A stretch of 64,000 bases of DNA from Octopus vulgaris (taxonomy: Eukaryota). The stretch lies in contig OX597836.1 in assembly GCA_951406725.2 (NCBI GenBank), positions 20,150,001-20,214,000 of the forward strand. The letters run 5' to 3'. Both the position numbers and the translations under genes were made by a program. The notes beneath the pieces are model-generated. The model saw only the letters and a list, made by a program, of their open reading frames with translations, did not search any database and was not told the origin of the DNA. Positions 49,130 to 60,510 of the stretch are shown here, piece after piece (position 1 is the stretch's first letter; the number at the start of each line of letters is the position of its first letter).

Positions 49130-50045
49130 CCACCCCAATTTATTATCTGTATTGTCCAATATTACATTAATCCATCTTTCATCACATATTGTCCCATATC
49201 AGATTCATTCATGGATTATTATATATAATATTCAATCTCAGATTTAATCACTCTCCATCATATCTTTATTGTCTGATATCGGCTTAACTTGTGGCTCATT
49301 ATACATCATTTGATATCAGATTTATCTATGGTCTGTCATATGTCATATGATATCAGCTTAAGCCATTGCCTGCCATATATTGTCTAATATCAGATTTACC
49401 CATGACCCGTAGTATATTGTCTGATATCAGATTTACTCATGGCTTGATGTCAGATTACCCAATAGAGTGTTAAATGTGAATGGTATACACTAGATTTGAT
49501 GTGTATATAAACTGATTGGTCACTTGTTTCTCTGGGACTGATAAAGTGATATACACACTTGATGAGATCCTCTATAAGAGTTGATAATCACAGTCAACCC
49601 TTTAGCATTCAGATTATCCTGTCAAATGAAAAGTTTATTACCATTGTCATGAATTAATCATGCATTATCTTTTAGCTTTGAGATTTTGATGATATGCTTC
49701 TTTATTTCTAAAATGACATCACAGAGTAGGTGCAAGAGAGCAGATCTGACCTGTTTCCACATGAAACAGGTAGGATATTTGGTTTAAATGCTAAAGGGTT
49801 AAGGCTATCCATCATTTCTTTTTCAATCTACAAAGAAATAGGTAAATTTGACTTGTTTGTATATCTACAAGTATATTTTACATATATTGTTTGATATCAG
49901 ATTTACCTGTGCTCTGTCTTATATCATCTGATATTAGATTTACCTATGGCCTGTCATATATCGTCTGATAGGATTTTTACCCATGACTTATTATATATTA
50001 TCCAGTATTACATTTACCTTATGATCTGTCATATATCCAGGTTTA
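49130..50045. repeat. Degenerate ~37-bp minisatellite with a TCTGATATCAGA palindrome, interrupted by a P1 MITE
   Basis: atatattgtctgatatcagatttacccatgg-like units recur at ~37-bp spacing in 49190-49460 and 49860-50045. Confidence 0.8.
49598..49798. mobile_element. piggyBac-type MITE family P1
   Basis: tcaa|ccctttagcatt...aatgctaaaggg|TTAA. Confidence 0.85.
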
Positions 50046-50612
50046 GTCACACTCAGTCAAGCTTCACTCTTTAAAAGAAGTTCATATTTTGTAATTGCAT
50101 TGTTAGATGTTTTTTAATAATAACTGCATACAATGCGGGTGAGGGCAATGGAGATGTTTGTGATGGTAGACTACCAAGCTAGAGAATTTACAGTAATCAT
50201 CCTGCCATCTCTCTGTTCTGAATTCAAATTTCTGATCTTTCCTGAGTAGCAGCAATAATAATAATAATAATAATGTACCAGTGATATACTGGGGGGGAAG
50301 TTGTTCTACTTTCTCTACACAAACATCGGCTTTAGACTGAATCAAAAGAATTTAATATTCATTGATGTTTTAAATCAATCATTCACAATATTTTTGTTAC
50401 TCAGTGCCTCCTCTTCTCCCTTCCCATGTTTTGCAATAAGCAAAAACAAAGAACCCACCATCACAAAGAAAAAAAAAAACACCCAACCTGATTAATTTTG
50501 ATAAAACCAAAGCTGAATACGCGTTGGTTTATCTATAGTCATTTTTCTCCCTTCTAATGTTCTAATCCTAACAAAAAGATCTTTTTTAAAATTATTTTTG
50601 GAAATGTTTAAA

Positions 50613-50820
50613 CCCTTTTGTTAGCATATTTCTGTTGAAATACACTGCCTTTATTACAATTAGTTTTTTAAATATTGAAGAATTTAGTAAAATAACTCTG
50701 TCATCATTAAGCTGGTGTTTGCACATATATTAACATGAAATTTTGATGGAAGATTTTAGTGGAGGTCATTTTAAAACATGAAGTTTGTATGATAGACCTA
50801 AGAGCAGTCTTAGCTGAGTT
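50613..50820. mobile_element. piggyBac-type MITE family P2, partial
   Basis: cccttttgttagcatatttctgttgaaatacactgcc..gaatttagtaaaataac..ttttgatggaagattt. Confidence 0.75.
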
Positions 50821-52082
50821 ACAGAACCCATAGACTGATAGTCATAACCTTTTTGTTGAGTCTAGGTAATTTACCCCCTATGGACAATACCAATGGGGTT
50901 GATGGAGATTGTGCTGATGACTGCTGGATAATGGACTGAACTTAATCTATTTTTCTGTTCACTACCAGTGCCAATACCAACATCACCACCAATTACCAAC
51001 ATTAGTTATTACCTTGAGTATCTTTTGTTCAGTTATTACAGCTTTGCTTTGATTTCAAAACATCTGTTTCTTTTGACAAATTAGAAGGCTAAATGTTATA
51101 AAGGAGAGTGTCACGTACAGACTTCCCATCTTCCTAGTATATCACTGGTATGTATTTATAAAGAGCAAATATAAAAATAACTCTTGAGGGATCGATTGAA
51201 AATGAAGTTGTACTTTGAAGAATTTGAATTCCAGAACTGATAGTAATAACGAGATAACAAAACTGTAAGACATCTAGTCTGAGGCTCCTGTTCTCATTCT
51301 ACCAATCCATTGTCCTTTATTTTACTAAAATTAACATATCGTTAAGAGTTGGATTTATTATTTTTTTGTTATTTGTTTATTCTCTTGTTATGTTTATTGT
51401 TTCGTTAATATTTCTTCTCTTGTTATCTTTACTTTCTCGTTATGCTTTCTGTAATTGTTTGTTTACTTTCTCTGTTTTTTTATTCCCTTTCTCTGTCTAT
51501 TTTCTTTACTCTCCCTCTCTTTATTTCCTCTACTCTCTCTCTCTAGTTTCCTTCTCCCTCTCTATTCTCTCTTTACTCTCCTCCCTCTACTCCTTTCTCT
51601 TCCTCCATTTTTCCTTCTTAGAGTATCTCTGTTTACTTTCCCTCTACCTTTATTTTCTCTCTCTCTCTCCATCTCTATCTCTCTCTCTCCTTCTCTCTTT
51701 ATTCTATTCTTAATTATTGACTGGACATAATTTCCTCTGACAATCCAACAAGGGCAACAACCACAATTTCTCTAGATGGTTCTCTTAATTCGCTACCTTC
51801 TTATTTTTGCATGGCTTTCTTCTTTCTGTTCGTTATAGTTGATCACCTTATTTTTTTGACAAAGCAATTACATTTCTATTTAAATTGATTCCAATACAAA
51901 GCAAAAGTGATTTACTTTTTTTAAATTATTTCTTTTATTCAATGATTATTTAAAAAAAAATTTCTTGTTATTATTGTTATTATTTTTATTGTTGTTATTA
52001 TTGAATTCATTAATAAAGAAATTGCTATTAAAAGAAGAAAATCAGAAATTTATATTATTATTATTCTTCAAATTCTATAATG

Positions 52083-52865
52083 GTTGACTTTGCTTTTCAT
52101 CCTTATGGGCTCAATAAAATAAAGTAACTGTCAAGTAATGGGGTCAGTTTAATTGAATATACCTCTTCCCTACCCAAAATTTCTGGCCTAGTGCCTTTGT
52201 AAGAAATTATTTCTACTGTTGTTGGCAGCATCATTACCACACTGGAAAAATTGCATAGCGGCATTTCTTCTGACTTTACATTCTGAGTCCAGATGCTGCT
52301 TGGGTTGACTTTGCCTTTCATCCTTCCAGAGATTGATAAAATCAGCACTGGGGTCGATGTAATTGACTTGCACCCTTCCCCACAAATGCTGGCCTTGTGC
52401 CAAAATTTGAAGCCATTATTACCGTCGTTAGCTAGCAAAATCATTAGCATGTCAGACAAAATGCTTAGCAGCATTTTCTCTGGCTCTTTGCATTCTGAGT
52501 TCAAATATTAATGAGGTCCACTTTGCCTTTCTTCCATTCAGGGTTGATAAAATAAGTACAAATTGAACACTTGAGTCAATACAACCCCCCCCCCCCCCAA
52601 AAAAAAAATTGTTGGGTTTGTGCCAAACTTTGAAGCCATTATTATTAAGGTGGTAAGCTGGCAGATTCGTTAGTACATTGGTCAAAATACTTAGTGGTAT
52701 TTTCTCCTGCTTTTTGTGTTTCGGGCTTAAATGCCACCGTGGTCAACTTTGCCTTTGTTCCTTTTGGGGGTCAGTAAAATAAAGTACCAGTCATGCACTG
52801 AGGTCAATGTAATCAGCTTACCCACTCCCTCTAAAATTGCTTGCCTTGTGCTAAAATTTGAGAGA
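52083..52865 (+). mobile_element. Head-to-tail array of ~4 diverged family N SINEs
   Basis: The block gactttgcctttcatcc..ataaaat..ggggtc..ggccttgtgccaaaatttga repeats, separated by short attatta tracts. Confidence 0.8.
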
Positions 52866-53044
52866 ATTAAAGGTAGTGAACTATCAGTTCCAAATGATCT
52901 GATGTTGCCAAACATTTCGATTAGTTAAAGTCTTATTAATTCTCTAACACTGACTGATCTACATGTGTCTGTGATATGGTAGTGGCTTTCATTTACCATT
53001 TTGTTTTATTGTTTGTCTCTTGTTATGTGTTCACTGCTGATGGC

Positions 53045-53340
53045 TAGATGACCAGTGTGTTGTAGCCTGGAGGTTGTGACTGAATGGTTAGTATGTTGTA
53101 AGTTGGATATCAGGAGTAATTGACCAGTATGTTGCAGGTTGGAAGTTAAGGATGGATGAGTGGTATGTTGCAGGCTGGCAATCAGGAATGGATGAATGTT
53201 CAGTATGTTGAAGGCTGGAGGTCAAGAATGGAAGCCCAGTATGTTTATAGGCTGGAGATCAATGTCCAGTATGTTGTCCGGAGGTTACTACAGGACGACC
53301 ATTTAAAATTGCAGTCTGGTGGTTACAGCAGGACAACTAC
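53045..53340. repeat. Degenerate ~36-bp minisatellite, ~7-8 copies
   Basis: The core cagtatgttgcaggctgga recurs near 53056, 53091, 53127, 53163, 53203, 53239 and 53269. Confidence 0.8.
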
Positions 53341-53502
53341 ATAATGATTTTAGAGTGGTGACATGTTTGGATGACCACCACTTAGCAATGATTTAATAAC
53401 TATATGAATGAATGAGAAGTAGAAAAAAATTTTTTTTTAACGTTAACAAAAGTGCATTTTAGATAAATCTAATAAAGAAATTATTTTTTGAGAAAAACTA
53501 GA

Positions 53503-53689
53503 CTCTTAGGCATCGAAACTGGACAAATAGACTACCTGTTCTACATTGAAACTGACCAGATCACACCTACCCTAAAAATAAGCAATTACATCATCAAAAT
53601 CTTGAAGCTATGAGATAATGCCTGATTAATTCAAAACAATGTGAGTAAGCAAGCATGACATTTGATAGAGTACTTTGAATGTTAAAGGG
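53503..53689. mobile_element. piggyBac-type MITE family P1, decayed
   Basis: gataatgcctgattaattcaaaacaatgtga..gaatgttaaaggg matches P1. Confidence 0.75.
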
Positions 53690-54232
53690 TCAAAGAAATA
53701 TTTAATAATTAATGGAAGAGTATTTTATAATATAACAAGGCTGACACATATTTTTGTCTCCTTTGGATATGTTTGAAGTATTTGACTGGAAAGAAACACA
53801 GACAAAATAACTTGATAATTCTTTGCTAACGAAAGAAATAATTTGATAAAAATACCCGAATTGAAATACTTGTTTTTTTTTTGTATTTGTTTTGTTTTTG
53901 TCTTGTTTAAAATACCCAAACCAAAAAGAATAACAAGGACAAATGATAAGATTGCAGTTTTCAAGCTTGAGAATGTGGTAAATACTTTAGCAGAAAGCTG
54001 ATTACGATACAATAAAGAACTTCTTGGTGGAGATGTTTGACATGTTGAAAGATAAGGGAAGACTAAGGAAAGCTTGGTTTAGCTTCTAAAAAAGCAAAAA
54101 AGAAAGAGGAAAAGTGACAGTTATTAACTGTTTTAAGACTATACATCCATTGAAATAGTGTTTCTGTGTATTTTGATTAAATTTTAAAACAATCAGGAAT
54201 TGGGATGTTTTTTTTTCTTTTCTTTTAATTTT

Positions 54233-54624
54233 TCTTTTACTTGTTTCAGTCATTTGACTGCGGCCATGCTGGAGCACCACCTTTAGTCGAGCAAATCGAC
54301 CCCGGGACTTATTCTTTGTAAGCCCAGTACTTATTCTATCGGTCTCTTTTGCCGAACCACTAAGTGACGGGTACGTAAACACACCAGCATCGGTTGTCAA
54401 GCAATGCTAGGGGGACAAACACAGATACACAAACACACACACATATATATATTCATATATACGACAGGCTTCTTTCAGTTTCCGTCTACCAAATCCACTC
54501 ACAAGGCATTGGTTGGTCCAGGGCTATAGCAGAAGACACTTGCCCAAGATGCCATGCAGTGGGACTGAACCCGGAACCATGTGGTTGGTTAGCAAGCTAC
54601 TTACCACACAGCCACTCCTGCACC
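54233..54624 (-). mobile_element. SINE family A, young copy
   Basis: Near-identical to 1188-1628. Confidence 0.9.
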
Positions 54625-55068
54625 CTGTTATTTTCTCTTTTTTTTAAAATTATTTCTTTATCTGGATTTATGGAGCACCAGACAAAAATGCCTAGTAGTT
54701 TTTATGTTCTGTGTTCAAATCCCATCAAGGTCAACTTTACCTTTCATCCCTCCAGGGTTGATAAAACAGAGTCCCTACCAGTGAAGTACTGAGCTCAGCA
54801 GTATTAACTAATTCCCCCTCCCCTCAGAAAAACCAATATTTATTAAAATGGCTAACAGGCCGGATTGTTAGAGCATTGGGAAAATGTCTACAGTATTTGT
54901 TCTGGCACTTTAGATGTTGTGAGTTCAAATCTTATTGATATCAACTTACCTTTCAGCCTTTTAATAAAATAAAGTACCAACTGAGTACTGGTGACAATGC
55001 TATCAACTCAACATTCTCTCCTCAAAATTGGTGGCCTTGTTCCTAAATCACAAACCATTATTATTATT

Positions 55069-55267
55069 CTTTTACCTTAGGTTTTGTTGTAACTTCTGGA
55101 ATCTTGCATGAGTAGAAGGCTTGCTACCTGCAGCCTATGATACCATGCTATTTATTCTCTTCAACTATCTGATGCTTTCCTGATTATTCTGGCTGTATCA
55201 GGGAGAGAAACTTTTTGCAAAAGCTCTGCTGGGTATCGTATTCCCATTTCCTTTATGATCCTCTCAA
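55069..55267 (-). mobile_element. 5'-truncated 3' end of an R4/Dong-like (restriction-like endonuclease) non-LTR retrotransposon in a (TAA)n tract
   Basis: Minus-strand ERIIKEMGIRYPAELLQKVSLPDTARIIRKAS* resembles the LQKxxLLGTARIxRK terminus of R4-clade ORFs. attattatt tracts flank both sides. Confidence 0.7.
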
Positions 55268-55289
55268 TATTATTATTATCATCATTAAT

Positions 55290-55510
55290 AAGGTGGCAAG
55301 CTGGCAGAACCATTAGCACGCCGGGCTGTATGCTAAGCAACATTTCATCTGACTTTATATTCTGAGTTCAAATTCTGTCAAGGTCAACTTTGCCTTTCAT
55401 CCTTTTGGGGTCAATAAGTTATGTACCAGTGAAACTCTGGGGTCGATGTAATCAACTAGTCCCCTCTCCCAAAATTTCAGGCCTTGTGCCTCTTGTAGAA
55501 AGGATTATTA
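55290..55510 (+). mobile_element. SINE family N (attatt-tailed subfamily); further decayed copies at 54660-55060
   Basis: aggtggcaagctggcagaac..gagttcaaattc..gcctttcatccttttggggtc..caggccttgtgcc..attattatt. Confidence 0.82.
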
Positions 55511-56018
55511 TTCTCATTAATGAGTGAGAGAGCAGCATACTCCACCAAAACGACATATGCCCATCATCACTACCCATCTAATAAGAGTACATCATGCACA
55601 CACATCATAACTATATGTGTACAACATGATGACCTTCCAAGTGGGGCCCAGTTAGAATTTTCTTCAGGTTGTGTAGCCCAACCTGCTCAAAAGGTCCCTG
55701 AATAAGGTTTATTTAAGGATGATGAGCAAAATACCCATGTTTCCAGGGTAAATTATTCTGACCTCATATGATGATCCTCCACTGCTTCTGCTCATGATCA
55801 GTGTTGCATATATCATTGGTCACTAAGGGACATGCTCAACTGGTTACGGTCAAGCAACTGACCAAATCTGTGGCATTGAGCAGAATATTGGCTGTGGCCT
55901 TTCTTTCATGCCAAGACAAAGCATCTACATGTTAGCAGTTTCAATCAGTTAAGAATAGGAAGCACGAGAGACACTGCCTGGTGTTGCATCAGGCATTTAT
56001 TATTATTGTCATTATTAA

Positions 56019-56238
56019 CCCTTTCGTTACTGTATTTATTTTGAGATGCTCTGTATTTCTTTCAATTACTTTAAATATAACAAAGAATTTAGTAAAATAA
56101 CTTAGTTATCATTAAGCTAGTGTTAGGAACATAAATTGTGACTAAGGTTTGGTGGAAGATTTTAATTCAAAACTTATGAAAACAAGACATTTGTACTCAG
56201 AGCCAGATTCAGTTTCATCCGGGTTGGTAATGAAAGGG
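56019..56238. mobile_element. piggyBac-type MITE family P2 (220 bp), intact
   Basis: TTAA|ccctttcgttac...gtaatgaaaggg|TTAA. It sits at the TTAA immediately 5' of a family N SINE head. Confidence 0.9.
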
Positions 56239-58261
56239 TTAAGGTGGTGAGCTGGCAGAATCGTTAGCACATGGGGCAAAATGCTTATCGATGTCTCATC
56301 TATCTTTACATTCTGAGTTTAATACGACTGCTTTAAACCAGTTAGTTCTGTATCTTAGACCCAGAGCCTATCTCTGGATGGGTTGGAAGGTTTCTTTCAT
56401 ACGATGGTAGATGTTTATTTTAGAACGTAGATACATTATAAATGACTTTTGAGAAATTTATCCCTTGCTCATGCTGCAGTTGGTTTTAATTTCAAATAAC
56501 AAGAACTGTTCTACTTTTGTCAATATATTGCAGATTGTTTCTGTTTCTTTCTTTTTCCTTTTCTTTCTTTTTTTTCCTGTAAATATTCCATATGTTATAT
56601 TTTGGTTGCCTATGAGAAAATGAGATACTGATAAACGGTTTCCCTTGGGAGTTCCCCAAACTCTGGTATGAATGTGGGTGAACGCGTGTGTGTGTGTTTG
56701 TCTCACTGTTTGACAACTGATATTGGTTTGTTTTCATTCTCATAACTTAGCAGTTCAGAAAAGAGAGATCAATAGATTGGGTACCAGACTTAAATACACA
56801 CACACACACACACACATGCATGCATGTATACATACATACACACACACATACATACATACATACATACAAATATATACATACATACATACATACATACATA
56901 TACATACAAGTATATACATGCATATATATATATATATATATATATATGACAAGCTTCTACACAGTTTCCATCTACCATATTTACTCACCATGCATTAGTT
57001 GAGTTGGGGCTATAGTTAGGTCTTTTTTTTTTATCAAAGCTGTGTCTGATAGACAACAGACTTGTTTGTCAAAGCTGTCTTTGTAAAGACAAGCCCTTTT
57101 CTCTTCCTCCAAATCCATTGTACCATCTTCCAAATACAAAGGAATATTATACAATGAATTTAAGGCAGCTAGCTGGCAGAATTATTAGCACATCCTGTCT
57201 ATACATTCTGACTTCATATGCCACTGGGGTCAACTTTGTCTTAAAATAAGTAGCAGTTAGCGCTAAGGGTTGAAGTAATTGAAATTGCTGGCATTGTGCC
57301 AAAATTTGAAACCAATATCGTACAGTTAATGCATTAGGCCTGTTGGGTGAAAATTATATTTATGGTTGTGATTTGCTGGTAAAAATCATGTGATGTAAAA
57401 AAAAGGGTTTTGAAAGGAGATCAGAAAGAGATTAAACTAGGTATTTCAAATGGCACATCACAAAATCAAAATGTGGACATGTTGTATATGCTCAGCCCAG
57501 CCCTCATTGAGCAAACATAGGCCTTTTCAGGTTTTTATTCTCTAGTTGTAGCCAATTGACTGCAGCTGTGCTATGGCACTAGCTTTGAAGGTTTAGTCAG
57601 ATTCCCCACCCCCATGACTTTTTTTCACATCTGGTAACTTATTTTATTGAACTTTGATGAACTACTAAGTTAAAGTCACATAAACACACATGCACACACA
57701 CACACACACACGCATATCTATATATTTGTGTGACTGTGTTTATGTATGTGTGGTTGTCATTTCAGTGACCCTCTTTTGTCATATATTGTGTCCTGCTGAT
57801 TTTACTTCAGTTACATAAGAGGTACACTCGTCTGTGGAATCCTCAGCCACTTACAGGCTCATTCAATGAGACCTGCAGTTTGCCTGGCCAAACAACTGAA
57901 CCCTCATCGTCAAGAAATTCTGACCAAATCCCCCACCCCACACGTTTGTGTGTGTGTATCTATTTAAACATGTATATATGTGATTAGTGTGTACAGTTAA
58001 GTCATTTATCTTATGACTAATGCCACTGTCTCAGCTTGTTGGAGTGGATAGCTGGTTGCATTCTTTACCAAGCCAGTTTAATTGCTGTCTTCTCCCCTCT
58101 TGACTTAGTAATCTCTTTGATGTCATAATGTTATTAGCTTAAAAGTTGACACACATATTATTGAAAAGCAATAGTGTGTGTGTGTGTGTAACATGTTTTA
58201 TAAAGACGTCTGTCTGTTTGAAGTTCACTGAGACAATATTTAAGGGTCACATAAGTATTTT

Positions 58262-58570
58262 ATCATCATCATCATTTAACATCCACTTTCCATGCTGGCA
58301 TGGGTTGGATGGTTTGACTGAGGACTGGCAAGCCAGAAAGCTGCACCTCCAATCTGATCTAGCATAGTTTCTACTGCCAGATGCCCTTCCTAACACCAAC
58401 CACTCCAAGAGTGTAGTGGGTGCTTTTTATGTGCCACCAGCATGAGGGCCAGTCAGGCAATGCTGGCATCGACCACACTTGAATGGTGCTTTTTATGTGC
58501 CATCGGCATGGGAGCCAGTCAGGCGGAACTAGCAATGACCATGTTCAAATGGTGCTTTTTACGTGCCCCT
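58262..58570 (-). mobile_element. SINE-like family M, diverged, with ~2 internal units
   Basis: (cat)n, gatgcccttcctaacaccaacc and repeated atggtgctttttaYgtgcc. Confidence 0.78.
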
Positions 58571-59949
58571 GGCAATGGCTGCATGAACTGGTGCAACGTG
58601 AAATAAAGTGTCTTGCTCAAGAACACAACATGCAGCCCAGTCCGGGATTCGAACACACAACCTCATGATCATAAGCTCGACGCTCTGACCACTGAGCCAT
58701 GCACCTTCACATGTCTATTAAGCCTGTATATTTAATACATATAAAGCATATACATACATGTGAGCAGTGCATCATTTGTATGCAGCCTTTAATGGAAAAA
58801 TTACTATTAACCTTATGCTTAATGTCATTGTCTCAGTTTGGTAGCACTTGCCGACCACAACAGAACTGAAATCCTAAAACCAAGGTGCCATGTAAAAAGC
58901 ACTGATGATAGTGCTGGGTAAAAAGCACACAGTGTTCACTCTGTAAAGTGGTTGGTATTAAAAAGGGCATCTATTCGTAGAAACCAGGTCCAAACAGTCT
59001 ATGGAACTTGATGTGGCCCCTGGCTTTGCCAGTTGCTGTCAAGCTGCCCAACCCATGGAAAGCTGTCATTGAATGTTGATGACTATAATATTAGTTATTT
59101 GGACAGCAATGCTTCCCATAGTGTTGAAATATATTAGTTATTATGACATGTATGTATGTATATAATTTGTGTAGAAAGTAAATCTAAAAAAGCATGCAGA
59201 CAATAAATGGTAATACATAGCACTCATAATGGCAGTAAATCTTATACAATTCTCACCATACACAGCGCAATAAATAATAAACTCTTTGCAGACAGTAAAC
59301 ACACTAGTCTGATGATTAAGATAGTAAAGTAGATAAAACTCATGTTATTGTTTAATAACTTTGGTAAGACATCCCTCATGGTGTGTGTGTGTATGTGATT
59401 AAAAAAAAAAAAGAAGCCATGCCTAATTGTCCCTAATGATTATTGACACTTTGTTCTTCTTTCATTAAACCTCATTAAAACAACCAAATTGTGTTAACAA
59501 TGGAGGGGCGGGACAATTGTTATCTGTTATGGTGACTGCCCCCAGCCTCCACCCATGCTCTCTCTCCTGTTGAGTCTTTATTGTTTGGTGTTGCCTGCCT
59601 GGCATATTTCTGTGTCTGTTGAATGAGAGAACCAAGCAACTGACACAATTATCAACAACATGCACTAAGTTGGCCATCAGTTGTTTGTTAAGTGGTGGAA
59701 GAGACTACCTAAGGAAAAAGAAGAAAAACGACAACAAAAGCACACAACTACACAACCTTTTTTACACACACACACACATACGGGGTGGGTGGAGAGGGCA
59801 GAAAGACAAAGATGCCCTAACATTTATTATTTAATAAATGTCAAAATTATTCCTGAAATGAATTCATTGCAGCTAGCTTCCATGCTTTCTTTGTAGCAAC
59901 TCTAAATACTATGGTAATACTAATGTTTTATGAAGTCATTCCGTCTATA

Positions 59950-60510
59950 TTGGTATTTGGTGATTTCCCACTAAAGTTTGTATTTGCTGGCATTTTTTGA
60001 TGTTTGTATTTGGCATTATTCTATGAAACATTGTATTTGGTGACGCCGCCATTAAAGTTTGTTTTAAAGACATCCCATTAAAGTTTGTCTGGCAACACCC
60101 CATTAAAGTTTATATTTGGTAACACCGCATTATAGTTTCTTTGGTGACACCCTATTAAAATTTGTATTGAAGACATCTCATTTAAGCTTGTCTGGCAACA
60201 CCCATTAAAGTTTGTATTGGGGACATCCCATCAAAGCTTGTATTCAGCAACATCTTATTAAAGTTTGCATTGGAGACATTCCATTGAAGTTTGTATTTGT
60301 GACACCCCATTAAAATTTGTTTAAGGTAACATGCCATTAAAGTTTCTTTTATTTCCCATTAAAATATGTCTGGCAACACCCCACTAAAGTTTGTATTTGC
60401 TGACACCATTAAAATTTGTATTGGTGACATCTCATTGAAGGTTGTATTTGGTGATGCCCCATTAAAGTTTGTATAAGGTGCCACCCCATTAAAGTTTCTA
60501 TTTGGTAACA
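59950..60510. repeat. Degenerate ~25-28 bp minisatellite, ~20 copies
   Basis: Consensus cccattaaagtttgtatttggtgacac repeated head to tail. Confidence 0.9.

Noticed and set aside
51366-51730. Hydrophobic membrane-protein-like ORFs
   Set aside because: They arise from CT-rich low-complexity sequence.
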